Part shown: positions 29,994 through 39,694 of the stretch, in pieces
How positions within the stretch are numbered: the first letter of the stretch is position 1
Layout: every line of letters starts with the position of its first letter
Program-made: the position numbers and the translations under genes
Notes under the pieces: model-generated
Seen by the model: only the letters and a program-made list of their open reading frames with translations
Told to the model about the DNA's origin: nothing
The model's database searches: none
Origin: an uncultured Gammaproteobacteria bacterium
GTDB taxonomy: Bacteria > Patescibacteriota > Microgenomatia > Daviesbacterales > UBA10151
DNA length: 64,000 nt
Assembly (NCBI GenBank): GCA_964625535.1
Contig: CAZVEX010000001.1
Span: 128,295-192,294, forward strand
Reading direction: 5' to 3'

Positions 29994-30608
29994 ATGCAGG
30001 GGTTTAAGACAGAAGGGATAATTTTAAAAAGGAGGGATTTTGGGGAGGCGGATCGCATCTTAACGGTTTTTTCTCTTAATAGGGGAAAAATTTCTGTTTT
30101 GGCTAAAGGGGTAAGAAGGATAACCTCAAGAAGAGCCGGTAATGTGGAACTGTTAAACAGGGTAATGATGTATCTTCATCCGGGCAAGAATTTTTTAATT
30201 TTAACAGAAGCAGTGGCTCTTGATACTTTTCAAAAATTAAAAGAGGACTTAACTCTGTCCACTTATGCATATCACATTTTGGAACTGACCGATAAACTGA
30301 CAGCGGAAAATCAGGAAAATAGAATTTTATATGAACATCTGGTAGAAGTTTTAAAAAGATTATCCAGAAATCCCCGCCAAATTTTAGTGAGGGCTTATGA
30401 GGCCAAAATTTTAGCCAATTTAGGATTTGTCAGTTTCAGGGGACAAAAGTTATTAGAGGAATTGGAGGGTTTATCTTGGGATGAGATTGAAAGAATAAAA
30501 ATAAATGAAAAAGAGGCTCTGGAATTGGAAAGAGCGTTACGCTATCATGTAGAGAGAGTAATAGAGAGTACTCTCAAAAGCAGAAAGTTTTTAAAATGGA
30601 CAAGATAG
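29994..30608 (+). CDS. recO: DNA repair protein RecO
   Basis: EGIILKRRDFGEADRILTVF...GK...AKGVR. Confidence 0.92.
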   Translation: MQGFKTEGIILKRRDFGEADRILTVFSLNRGKISVLAKGVRRITSRRAGNVELLNRVMMYLHPGKNFLILTEAVALDTFQKLKEDLTLSTYAYHILELTDKLTAENQENRILYEHLVEVLKRLSRNPRQILVRAYEAKILANLGFVSFRGQKLLEELEGLSWDEIERIKINEKEALELERALRYHVERVIESTLKSRKFLKWTR

Positions 30609-31888
30609 TGGCGCTTTGCAAAAGAAGGGGGTTTATTTTTCCCGGATCAGAGATTTATGGGGGTTTGGCCAATAGTTGGGATTATGGCCCTTTAGGGGTT
30701 GAACTTAAAAACAACATCAAACAGGCCTGGTGGAAAAGATTTGTTCAACAAAGAGAAGATGTGGTGGGAATTGATGCTTCTTTGATCATGAATCCCAAAG
30801 TTTGGGTTGCTTCCGGCCATGTGGCCAATTTTCAAGATCCGCTGGTTGAGTGTAAGAAATGCCACGAGAGATTTCGGGCAGATCACATTAAAGATAAAAC
30901 GTGTCCTGCATGTGGTAAAGGCTCATTTACCAAAGAGCAAATGTTTAATTTAATGTTTAAAACTTATATCGGACCGGCCGAAGGATCATCCAATGTTGCC
31001 TATTTCCGACCGGAAACAGCTCAAGCCATGTTTGTAGATTTTAAAGCCGTTATTGATACCACCAGGTTAAAATTGCCTTTTGGTATTGCTCAAGTTGGTA
31101 AAGCTTTTAGAAATGAAATCACTCCGGGAAATTTCATTTTCCGAACCCGAGAATTTGAGCAAATGGAGATTGAATATTTTATCAAGCCTCCAAAAGAAGA
31201 TAAAGATTGGCAAAAATATTTTGAGGAGTGGAGACAAGAAATGCTTTCTTGGATTAAAGAAGATTTGGGAATAGGAATTAAAAAAATTCATGAACATGAG
31301 ATTTCCCCGCAAGAACGCGCTCATTATTCCAAAAGAACTATTGATTTTGAATATGATTTTCCATTCGGGACAAGTGAATTATATGGTTTGGCTTACAGAA
31401 CCGATTTTGATTTGAAAAACCACGAAAAATTTTCAGGACAGAATTTAAAATATAGAGATCCTGAAACCGGTGAGGAGTTTATCCCCCATGTGATTGAACC
31501 TACCTGGGGGGTGGATAGATCCGTGCTGGTAGCGTTAGTAGATGGTTATTTTGAAGATGATAAAAGAACTGTTTTGAAACTAAAACCCAGTTTAGCGCCT
31601 TACCAAGCGGCAGTATTTCCTCTGTTGGGAAATAAACCGGAGTTAGTTAAACTGGCCAGAGAAATTTATTTGGATTTAAAAAAAGATTTAATGGTAGCTT
31701 GGGATGATCGGGGTAATATTGGTGGTCGCTATGCCTCTCAAGATGAAATCGGTACCCCTTTTTGTATCACGGTTGATTTTAAATCGCTTGAGGATCAAAC
31801 AGTCACTGTTCGCGATCGCGATACCACCAAGCAAGATCGGGTAAAAATAGTTGACTTAAAAAGTTATTTAGATGATAAAATAAAATAG
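30596..31888 (+). CDS. glyQS: Glycine--tRNA ligase, homodimeric type
   Basis: CKRRGF, RPETAQ, FRNEITP.NFIFRTREFEQME, QDEIGTP. Confidence 0.97.
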   Translation: MDKIVALCKRRGFIFPGSEIYGGLANSWDYGPLGVELKNNIKQAWWKRFVQQREDVVGIDASLIMNPKVWVASGHVANFQDPLVECKKCHERFRADHIKDKTCPACGKGSFTKEQMFNLMFKTYIGPAEGSSNVAYFRPETAQAMFVDFKAVIDTTRLKLPFGIAQVGKAFRNEITPGNFIFRTREFEQMEIEYFIKPPKEDKDWQKYFEEWRQEMLSWIKEDLGIGIKKIHEHEISPQERAHYSKRTIDFEYDFPFGTSELYGLAYRTDFDLKNHEKFSGQNLKYRDPETGEEFIPHVIEPTWGVDRSVLVALVDGYFEDDKRTVLKLKPSLAPYQAAVFPLLGNKPELVKLAREIYLDLKKDLMVAWDDRGNIGGRYASQDEIGTPFCITVDFKSLEDQTVTVRDRDTTKQDRVKIVDLKSYLDDKIK

Positions 31889-32784
31889 TGGTAGAAAAAA
31901 TTAAGTTATTTCTGGCAGTCCATAAAGCGACTGTCATTTTAGTAGCAGCACTCCTAACCCTGATTATAGGAGGATCTTTTGTCTTTCAAAAAATTAATTC
32001 TTCTTCTCAAGTGGTGGAGGAAATCGATCTTCCATTTGATCCGGAAGGACCATTCGCACTACTTCATCCCCGAAGAGATGGTAATGCTTTAATTTTAAAC
32101 TTAAAAAGAACAGCTTCCTATGAAAGTATATCTTATGAACTGGCATACACCAGCAAGATTTTGGAAACTGCGGTTGAGGGCAGTGGCAAGATTTTAGATG
32201 AGGGTCAAGGAGAGAAAGGGGGAATGATTGACAGGGGGGTGGTGGGAACCATAGATACCAAAGAAAAAAAAGGGGAATACGAGCAAGAAATTTTGTTTGG
32301 AACATGCAGCAAAAATGTTTGCAAATATGACCAAGGTGTGGAAAACGGAACTCTGGCTTTGCGTATTAAAAAGGGCAACAAGATTTTTAAGTTGATTTCG
32401 CAATGGCATTTGCAAAAACCAGATGTGGCTTTGGGAGTTTTGACCTCGGGTGACAGCCACCTGATTTATAAGGTGAATGCGGATAGGCAAACTCTTTCCA
32501 ATATAGGATTTACTATTATCAATGATTTAACAGGGGTGCCGAAATTACCTTCTGAAAAGCAAGTTTTAGGCAAAGTTTATTCTCTCAATGTACCTATTGC
32601 CAAAAGTTTGCCGGCAGGGGATGTCAGTCTGGAACTGGCAGAAAATCCCCCAAGCGAGGCTAAACTTTTCAGGCACGATGGAAGTAAATGGGAAGAGTTG
32701 GAAACAAAAATAGATGGATCTAAACTATCTGCCAAAGCTTCCGGCTCCGGCATATTTGCTGTTTTAATATCTAATAAAAAATAA
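31888..32784 (+). CDS. Membrane-anchored extracellular hypothetical protein
   Basis: N-terminal TM, a Cys pair (GTCSKNVC) and a beta-rich C-terminus. Confidence 0.7.
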   Translation: MVEKIKLFLAVHKATVILVAALLTLIIGGSFVFQKINSSSQVVEEIDLPFDPEGPFALLHPRRDGNALILNLKRTASYESISYELAYTSKILETAVEGSGKILDEGQGEKGGMIDRGVVGTIDTKEKKGEYEQEILFGTCSKNVCKYDQGVENGTLALRIKKGNKIFKLISQWHLQKPDVALGVLTSGDSHLIYKVNADRQTLSNIGFTIINDLTGVPKLPSEKQVLGKVYSLNVPIAKSLPAGDVSLELAENPPSEAKLFRHDGSKWEELETKIDGSKLSAKASGSGIFAVLISNKK

Positions 32785-32797
32785 AATTCTTGTGAAC

Positions 32798-33358
32798 CTA
32801 TACTCTAGCAAGTCTTTGTACTGAATCATATTGAATGAGTTTATATGTGGGTACTTGTAAACCATTATCAAGGGCATCAACAATTCCCATGGCCATTCTT
32901 TTTTGTAATTCACTAATAGGATTATAGTTACCGATTCCACTACCATAGCTATCAACAGTTAATAGAGTAAATTCCTCTTCATCCATTAATGCTATAATTA
33001 GAGCCCGACCAATCATAGGCCGAGAGTGAACTTTTTTATCTTTTTCTCCTCTCAATTTTACAGCTAAATTCATTTCACCATAAAGAACTGGATATGGTAA
33101 AGTTTCATACCATGGTTCTGTTCGTGGATCATATCGGTAAGAAGGATTATTTTGAGCTTCTCTTTCCAAACTATGACATATGCCTTTTTTTTCAAGCACC
33201 CTCTCGGCTTTATCTAAAAATTCCTCCACCCATTTTTTACGCTCTTCCGCTTCTCTTATTTCTCTTTCCCGCTTTGCCCTGTTTGCTAGCCGTATAGCAC
33301 TTGCTTCTTCTACTGCTTTTCCAATAAATGTTGTTAGTTCACTATCTACTATAGCCAT
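32798..33358 (-). CDS. Orphan hypothetical protein with charged N-terminal helix
   Basis: 186-aa ORF with a near-consensus promoter upstream. Confidence 0.65.
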   Translation of the reverse strand: MAIVDSELTTFIGKAVEEASAIRLANRAKREREIREAEERKKWVEEFLDKAERVLEKKGICHSLEREAQNNPSYRYDPRTEPWYETLPYPVLYGEMNLAVKLRGEKDKKVHSRPMIGRALIIALMDEEEFTLLTVDSYGSGIGNYNPISELQKRMAMGIVDALDNGLQVPTYKLIQYDSVQRLARV

Positions 33359-33369
33359 AATTGACTTAT

Positions 33370-33398
33370 ATTATATAGGCTTTTAATTGATTAGTCAA
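33370..33398 (-). promoter_or_regulatory. Sigma70-type promoter TTGACT-17-TATAAT for the orphan gene
   Basis: Minus strand -35 at 33398-33393 and -10 at 33375-33370. Confidence 0.7.
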
Positions 33399-33439
33399 GT
33401 AAGCAAGATGTTGGTTAAAGTCTTTTTCCCACTTGCCCC

Positions 33440-33492
33440 TTGACAAGTTATTATAAAATGGTTCAAAATGGTTATAGATGGTGAATTAAGGT
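33440..33492 (+). promoter_or_regulatory. dcw promoter with putative MraZ-binding direct repeats
   Basis: TTGACA at 33440; ATGGT at 33458, 33468 and 33478, AAGGT at 33488 (exact 10-bp period). Confidence 0.7.
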
Positions 33493-33521
33493 GATCTGCC
33501 CAACCAGGAAGGTTGTCCTTC

Positions 33522-33932
33522 ATGTTTTTGGGCGAATACAAAGCTAAATTCACAGGCAAAGGAAGAGTAATTCTGCCCCGTAAATTCAGGCAAGAGCTCA
33601 AAAGTAGGGAAATTATCTTAAGCCGAGGTTTTGAGAAATGCATTTGGGGATTTGATTTAAAAGATTTCGAGGCAGAAGCGAAAAAGCAGCTTGAAATATC
33701 TGCAACAGAAGAACGGGCCAGGTATTTGCGCAGATACCTATTTTCTGGCAGCGAATCGGTGGAGTTGGACGTTCAAGGTAGGATTATTATCCCGTCTGCC
33801 CTGCTTGATTTTGCTAGCGTTAAAGAGGAAGTGACAATTATAGGCGCGGGTGATCATTTTGAAATTTGGGAAAAGCGACTCTGGGAAAAACATATACGGC
33901 AAATTGAGAGGGAATATGGAAGGTTATCATAA
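33522..33932 (+). CDS. mraZ: Transcriptional regulator MraZ
   Basis: MFLGEY...KGR..LP.KFR, ELDVQGRI.IP, IGAGDHFEIW. Confidence 0.95.
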   Translation: MFLGEYKAKFTGKGRVILPRKFRQELKSREIILSRGFEKCIWGFDLKDFEAEAKKQLEISATEERARYLRRYLFSGSESVELDVQGRIIIPSALLDFASVKEEVTIIGAGDHFEIWEKRLWEKHIRQIEREYGRLS

Positions 33933-34785
33933 AAGCGTTCTTCTTGGGGAAGTGATAGATGCACTCAATGTCCGAGATGCCTGGTACTTGGATTGTACTT
34001 TAGGCGACGGAGGGCATTCGATAGAGATAATTAAGCGGGGAGGTAAAGTAGTCGGAATAGACATTGACCCGCAGGCCCTGAAAAGAGTGCAAAAAAGATT
34101 TGATGATAGCGAGTTGGATAAGCGACAATATACGCTGTTACAGGGAAATTTTAGAGACTTAAAAAAATTAATTCAGACGGAAACTAAATTTGCAGGAGTG
34201 TTGTTTGATCTTGGGGTTTCCAGTCTGCAACTGATGAGCCCCGAAAGGGGTTTTTCTTTTGCAAAGTCAGGCCCTTTGGATATGAGAATGGATCCAAGTT
34301 TGCAAGTTCAAGCAAAGGATCTCTTGAAGGTGTTATCAAGAAAGGAGCTTTATGAATTATTTCTTAAATTTGGTGAAGAAAAAAATTCTTGGGCCTTGGC
34401 TGCTGCTTTGGAGCGCGCCGGTGAAATAACAACTACGACGGAGCTGGCAAGGGTTGTGGCGAATGCGGTGGGGGGAAGAAGCGAGAGGATACATTCGGCA
34501 ACCAGGGTGTTTCAGGCTTTAAGAATTGCAGTTAATGATGAACTGGCTGCCTTGGAGGAGGCGTTACCTCAAGCACTGGAGGTTTTAGCTAAAAATGGTC
34601 GCATTGTGGTTATTAGTTTTCACTCACTTGAAGATAGGATCGTTAAGAATTTTTTTAAGAGTTGGGAATCTAAGGGAATGGGTCAGGTTTTAACAAAGAA
34701 ACCGATCGTTCCTTCCGAAGATGAGGTTAATGTTAATCCAAGATCAAGATCGGCTAAAATGCGTGTCTTTAAAAAAATTATATGA
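33916..34785 (+). CDS. rsmH: 16S rRNA m4C1402 methyltransferase
   Basis: H.SVLL.E, DCTLGDGGH, DLGVSS.Q, LDMRM, TRVFQALRIAVN.EL, SFHSLEDR. Confidence 0.97.
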   Translation: MEGYHKSVLLGEVIDALNVRDAWYLDCTLGDGGHSIEIIKRGGKVVGIDIDPQALKRVQKRFDDSELDKRQYTLLQGNFRDLKKLIQTETKFAGVLFDLGVSSLQLMSPERGFSFAKSGPLDMRMDPSLQVQAKDLLKVLSRKELYELFLKFGEEKNSWALAAALERAGEITTTTELARVVANAVGGRSERIHSATRVFQALRIAVNDELAALEEALPQALEVLAKNGRIVVISFHSLEDRIVKNFFKSWESKGMGQVLTKKPIVPSEDEVNVNPRSRSAKMRVFKKII

Positions 34786-35078
34786 CTATAATTAAAAAAT
34801 TCGATCCGGAAGAATACGCCAGTAAATTCCCCAAAAAATATATTGTCTTGGCGGCGGCTGGCGTGTTGATTTTAGCTATTGCTCAAATTTGGGTTAATAA
34901 TACGGTGGTAAATTATGGTGAAAAACTGGCAAGCATCGCCAAACTTAAAAGCACTTTGGAAATGGAGAATACTTTTTTGGAAAACGAAATGGCCGGTAGA
35001 TTATCTTTAACTAACATAGCCACCGAGTCGTCAAAGCTTGGCTTTTCCAAAATCGAAAGTATACAATACATTAGGTAA
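34782..35078 (+). CDS. ftsL: FtsL-like cell division protein
   Basis: Single TM plus coiled coil, positioned between rsmH and the PBP gene. Confidence 0.7.
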   Translation: MTIIKKFDPEEYASKFPKKYIVLAAAGVLILAIAQIWVNNTVVNYGEKLASIAKLKSTLEMENTFLENEMAGRLSLTNIATESSKLGFSKIESIQYIR

Positions 35079-36775
35079 TGCGAATATACCTAATCAAAAT
35101 TTTCTTCCTGTTTTTTTTCTTAAGTATTTTATCCAGGCTGTTTTACTGGCAAGTTGTCAAAGCAGACTTTTTACAGGCCAAGGGCGAAGATCAGCATTTT
35201 AAAGATACGGCTGTGGAGGCGGAGAGAGGAAAGATATTTTTTGAGGACGGATCGATTTTGGCATCATCAAACCCCACCTTTTCTCTGTATGGGCTGCCCA
35301 AAGTTCTCTCTAAAGAGGAAAAGTTAAAGTTGTCATACCTGTTGGCAAAGATTCTAACAGTTGATTCTTCTCAAATAGATGCTGTAGCTCGGGATTTGTT
35401 AAACAGTTTGCAACAGGATTTATACTGGGTGCCTCTTAAAAAAGGACTGGACTTGCAAACAAAGAGAAAAATTGAAGATCTAAATCTGGCGGGTATAGGA
35501 TTTGACAGTACCAGCGGCAGGTTTTACCCGGAGGGTTCCTCGTCTGCTCATTTATTAGGATTTGTGGGATCGGATGCCAAGGGAGGGCAGAAAGGATATT
35601 TTGGGTTGGAAGGTTTCTATGAGGGTGAGCTAAAAGGTACGCCCGGACTTTTAAGGCACGAAAAAGATGCTTTGGGGTTGCCTATTTTGATTGGCAAGTT
35701 TCTAACTAATGAGGTCAACAATGGTAAGGATTTGTTACTGAATATTGATCGATCTGTCCAATTTACGGTAGAAGAAGCCTTAAAGCGGGGTTTGGAAAAA
35801 TACGGGGCAAAGGCGGCCTCTGCCGTAGTGATGGATCCTAGGTCAGGAGCAATTTTGGCGCTGGCATCTTTTCCCAGTTATGATCCGGCAAAGTATTTTA
35901 ATTTCCCCTCGGACTATTATAAAAACCCCATTGTGGCAGACTCCTACGAACCCGGTTCTACTTTTAAAGTTCTGGTGATGGCAGCTGCTATCAATGAGGA
36001 TCTGGTTACGCCGGAGACGACCTGTGATATCTGCACTGGACCAATTTCCCTGGGAGGTTTTGCTATCAGGACCTGGAATAATAAATATTATCCGGAGACT
36101 AATCTTAAAGATGTGATTATACATTCGGATAATATAGGGATGGTTTTTACCGGAATGAAACTGGGTCTGGATAAATTCTATTCATACCTGGAAAATTATG
36201 GTTTTGGGCAAGCCACAGACATTGATTTACAGGATGAATCTTCCTCCGATCTGCGGTCAAAAGAAGCTTGGCGCGAGATTGATCTGGCCACCGCCTCTTT
36301 TGGTCAGGGAATTGCCATTACTCCAATTCAAATGATCAGGGCGCTAGCCGCTATTGCCAATGGAGGATACTTGATGGAACCTCATGTTGTACAAAAAATT
36401 ACTGATGAAAAAGGCTCTTTTGAAATTAAACCCAAAGTAGTAAGGAAAGTCTTAAAAGAAGAAACTGCCAAGATTGTAACCGAGATGATGGTAAAAGCGG
36501 TTGATGAGGGGGAGGCCAAATGGGCCAAGCCCAAGGGGTTTAAAATTGCCGGAAAAACCGGCACCGCCCAAATCCCGGTAGCCGGCCACTACGATCCCAA
36601 TAAAACTATAGCTTCTTTTGTGGGATTTGCTCCAGCAGATAATCCCAAATTTGTCATGCTGGTGCGTTATGACCAACCTTCATCTTCCATTTTCGGTTCG
36701 GAAACCGCCGCCCCCACCTTTTTTGAAATAGCCAAAGAACTTTTTAACTACTACAAAATCGCCCCTACAGAATAA
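35078..36775 (+). CDS. ftsI: Class B penicillin-binding protein (FtsI)
   Basis: YEPGSTFK, HSDN, GKTGTAQ. Confidence 0.93.
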   Translation: MRIYLIKIFFLFFFLSILSRLFYWQVVKADFLQAKGEDQHFKDTAVEAERGKIFFEDGSILASSNPTFSLYGLPKVLSKEEKLKLSYLLAKILTVDSSQIDAVARDLLNSLQQDLYWVPLKKGLDLQTKRKIEDLNLAGIGFDSTSGRFYPEGSSSAHLLGFVGSDAKGGQKGYFGLEGFYEGELKGTPGLLRHEKDALGLPILIGKFLTNEVNNGKDLLLNIDRSVQFTVEEALKRGLEKYGAKAASAVVMDPRSGAILALASFPSYDPAKYFNFPSDYYKNPIVADSYEPGSTFKVLVMAAAINEDLVTPETTCDICTGPISLGGFAIRTWNNKYYPETNLKDVIIHSDNIGMVFTGMKLGLDKFYSYLENYGFGQATDIDLQDESSSDLRSKEAWREIDLATASFGQGIAITPIQMIRALAAIANGGYLMEPHVVQKITDEKGSFEIKPKVVRKVLKEETAKIVTEMMVKAVDEGEAKWAKPKGFKIAGKTGTAQIPVAGHYDPNKTIASFVGFAPADNPKFVMLVRYDQPSSSIFGSETAAPTFFEIAKELFNYYKIAPTE

Positions 36776-36796
36776 AAATAAGCTATAATAGCTTCA

Positions 36797-37870
36797 ATGA
36801 AAAAAATTGTTAGGAAATTTTTACCCCAATGGGTAATAAATTATTTTTGGCATTTGCCAAAAGCTGTTTTGGCCAATGTTGTTTATGGCCTCCCCGCCAG
36901 GGGAGTTAAAGTTATTGGGGTAACTGGGACTGACGGGAAAACCACCACAGTTAATATGATTTATCAAATCCTAAAAGCAGCAGGCAAAAAAGTATCAATG
37001 GTTTCAACTTTGAATGCCCCGGGTTTTCATGTTACAAGCCCCGATCCCTTCGTTATCCAAAAATTTGCCAAAGATTTAAGGAATGAATATCTGGTTTTGG
37101 AAGTGACATCTCACGGCTTGGATCAATTTAGATTTTGGGGAATAAAATTTGAGGTGGGGGTTATTACCAATATTACCCATGAACATTTAGATTATCATAA
37201 AACCTTTGAAAATTATCGCAGTACCAAGCTAAAATTATTAAAAAATTCAAAAAAAGGGGTAGAATATAAAAAATTAAAACTTAAACTAAAAATCCCGGGT
37301 GAATATAATATTGAGAATGCCTCTGCCGCTGTGGCCGTAACCACTGCTTTGGGTATAGACCAAGAGCTAGCAAGGAAAGCAGTGGAAAATTTTGAAGGGT
37401 TAACAGGTAGAATGGAGGAAGTAAAAAATAACCGGGGGATTAAAATTATTATTGACTTTGCCCATACCCCAAATGCTCTGGAGAGAGTCTTAAAAACTTT
37501 AAAATCCGACAGAGGCAGACTGATTGCAGTTTTTGGTTGCGCCGGGAAAAGAGATGAAGGAAAAAGGCCGCTCATGGGAGAAATTGCCGGAAGGCTTGCT
37601 GACTCTGTTGTAATTACTGCGGAAGATCCCAGAGGGGAGCTTAAAAGTATCAACGAACAAATTATAGCTGGTGTCAAAAATAGAAAAAAACTCTTTGTGG
37701 TGAGTGACAGGCAGGCTGCAATTCATTTTGCTATAAATAAACTGGCCAAAAAAGGTGATACTGTAGGAATTTTTGGCAAAGGGCATGAAAGATCAATGAA
37801 TTTAGACGGCAAGAAAGAAATTCCTTGGTCAGACAAAGAAGCAGTAGAGAAGGTTTTACATGGACAGTAA
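36797..37870 (+). CDS. murE: MurE-like Mur ligase (short form)
   Basis: GVTGTDGKTTT, EVTSH, HEHLDYH, DFAHTP, EDPR, GKGHE. Confidence 0.88.
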   Translation: MKKIVRKFLPQWVINYFWHLPKAVLANVVYGLPARGVKVIGVTGTDGKTTTVNMIYQILKAAGKKVSMVSTLNAPGFHVTSPDPFVIQKFAKDLRNEYLVLEVTSHGLDQFRFWGIKFEVGVITNITHEHLDYHKTFENYRSTKLKLLKNSKKGVEYKKLKLKLKIPGEYNIENASAAVAVTTALGIDQELARKAVENFEGLTGRMEEVKNNRGIKIIIDFAHTPNALERVLKTLKSDRGRLIAVFGCAGKRDEGKRPLMGEIAGRLADSVVITAEDPRGELKSINEQIIAGVKNRKKLFVVSDRQAAIHFAINKLAKKGDTVGIFGKGHERSMNLDGKKEIPWSDKEAVEKVLHGQ

Positions 37871-38441
37871 ATATAAACTAATCATTGATTCTTTTGGCAA
37901 AGACCGTTTTAAGAGCGATGAACCCCTCATGGAGCATACTGCGCTGTCTTCGGGTGGCCTGGCAAAATTATTTTTCATTGCTTTTACGGTTTCCGAACTT
38001 ATCAAAATTGTCAACATGTGCAGACAACTTAAACTGCCATTTTTTATTTTCGGTCTGGGTACAAAAATTATGATTTCAGATTCGGGTTTTGACGGTCTGG
38101 TGATTAAAAACAGAACCAAGGAGATAGAGACTGTTTCCATCAAAGGCAAAGCTTCCAGAGTGGGTATTGGCATTGAAGAGGCCCTGGTAGAGGTGTCATC
38201 GGGCGTTTCCGTGGGAAGATTTATGGAGTTTCTTAACTCCCATGGTCTTTATTGGGATGAGTTCAAAAACATCCCTGGGACAGTGGGTGGAAATCTTTTC
38301 TTAAGCAAAACTTTGCAAAATAGGATCAAAAGTATTAAAGTATTATCCTTAAGATCCAAAATTGAAGAAATACCGGCCAGCGAGTTAAGCTTAAAAAAGC
38401 ACATCGTTTTATCGGCAGTATTCAGGATAAAAGCCAAATGA
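37860..38441 (+). CDS. murB: Truncated/degenerate MurB (FAD-binding part only)
   Basis: EPL.EHT...GG.A, GLGTK..ISDSGFDG.VI, IPGTVGG. Ends at 193 aa with no C-terminal domain. Confidence 0.7.
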   Translation: MDSKYKLIIDSFGKDRFKSDEPLMEHTALSSGGLAKLFFIAFTVSELIKIVNMCRQLKLPFFIFGLGTKIMISDSGFDGLVIKNRTKEIETVSIKGKASRVGIGIEEALVEVSSGVSVGRFMEFLNSHGLYWDEFKNIPGTVGGNLFLSKTLQNRIKSIKVLSLRSKIEEIPASELSLKKHIVLSAVFRIKAK

Positions 38442-39694
38442 AATACATTATAAACGGAGGGAAAAAATTAGAAGGTGAAATTGAAGTCTCTGGCAACAAA
38501 AATGCCATTTTTCCCTGCGTGGCTGCAGCTTTATTAACGGACGAAGAAGTAGTTTTGGAAAATGTGGCCGATCTTACAGACACAAAGGTCCTGATACAAA
38601 TTCTTAAGAGTTTGGGCATTAAGGTATATAGACACAAAAGTACACTGGTCATAAATGCCCGGGATCTTAAAAGCACTACTTTATCAAAAGATCTGATGAC
38701 TAAGCTTCGGGGATCAATAGTTTTGGTGGGCGCAATTCTGGCTAGAAAAAATAAAGTTAATTTCTTTCATCCGGGAGGAGATATTATTGGTCAGCGCAGC
38801 ATCAACACTCATCTGGAAGCTTTTAAAAGCATTGGAGCTATCCTAAAAAGAAATGATTTGTGCTATTCCTTGCGTTTTGAGCAACATGAGAATTTAGCGG
38901 TCAGCATTTTTTTACGGGAGGCCTCTGTGACGGCCTGCGAAAATCTCATCCTGTTGTCTGTTTTAAGTAAAAAAAAGGTGCTTTTAAAAAATTGCCCCAC
39001 CGAGCCTCATGTGGTGGATCTTAGCAAAATGCTTTTGCAGATGGGAGCCAGAATCAGCGGAGTGGGCACAGATACTCTTTTGATTAAGGGAGTCAATAAG
39101 CTGAGCGGAACCAAATTCAAAATCGGTATAGATTACGTTGAGGTAGGAACGTACGCAATAGCAGCGGCCATCACGGGGGGCAAAATAAAAATTTTCGGTT
39201 TAGACGGCGCTGAATTGGATCCCGTTTTGGAGCCATTGAAAAGATTTGGGGTTAAAGTGCAAGCAAGCGATAATAATCTTGTTGTTAGCTCGGATAAACT
39301 CAAATCTCCTTTGAAAATTATTACTAATATTTGGCCCGGTTTTCCTACCGATTTGATGAGTGTGGTGATAGTTTTGGCAACACAGAGCAAAGGTGTTACT
39401 CTTTGTCATGATTGGATGTATGAATCAAGGATGTTTTTTGTGGATAAATTAATTTCCATGGGAGCAAACATCACTTTGGCTGATCCGCATAGAAGCTTTG
39501 TTTACGGTCCCAGCAAGCTAAGAGGTCGGGTAATGGAAACTCCGGATATTAGAGCCGGCATGGCGTTGGTTCTGGCCGCTTTAGTTGCCAAGGGAGAAAG
39601 TGTAATTAACCAGGTAGAGTTGATTGAGAGAGGTTATGAGGATGTGGCGGGAAAACTAAAAGATTTGGGAGCAGACATTCAAAAACATGTTTAA
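38438..39694 (+). CDS. murA: UDP-GlcNAc 1-carboxyvinyltransferase
   Basis: SGNKNA, PGGDIIG.R, WPGFPTD, PDIRAG, IERGYE. Confidence 0.96.
   Translation: MKYIINGGKKLEGEIEVSGNKNAIFPCVAAALLTDEEVVLENVADLTDTKVLIQILKSLGIKVYRHKSTLVINARDLKSTTLSKDLMTKLRGSIVLVGAILARKNKVNFFHPGGDIIGQRSINTHLEAFKSIGAILKRNDLCYSLRFEQHENLAVSIFLREASVTACENLILLSVLSKKKVLLKNCPTEPHVVDLSKMLLQMGARISGVGTDTLLIKGVNKLSGTKFKIGIDYVEVGTYAIAAAITGGKIKIFGLDGAELDPVLEPLKRFGVKVQASDNNLVVSSDKLKSPLKIITNIWPGFPTDLMSVVIVLATQSKGVTLCHDWMYESRMFFVDKLISMGANITLADPHRSFVYGPSKLRGRVMETPDIRAGMALVLAALVAKGESVINQVELIERGYEDVAGKLKDLGADIQKHV

Noticed and set aside
33395-33643. 82-aa minus-strand ORF
   Set aside because: Antisense to mraZ and its promoter.
37266-37296. 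A-rich quasi-repeat in murE (KKLKLKLK)
   Set aside because: Period is about 6 and explained by Lys/Leu codons; not counted with the heptamer arrays.
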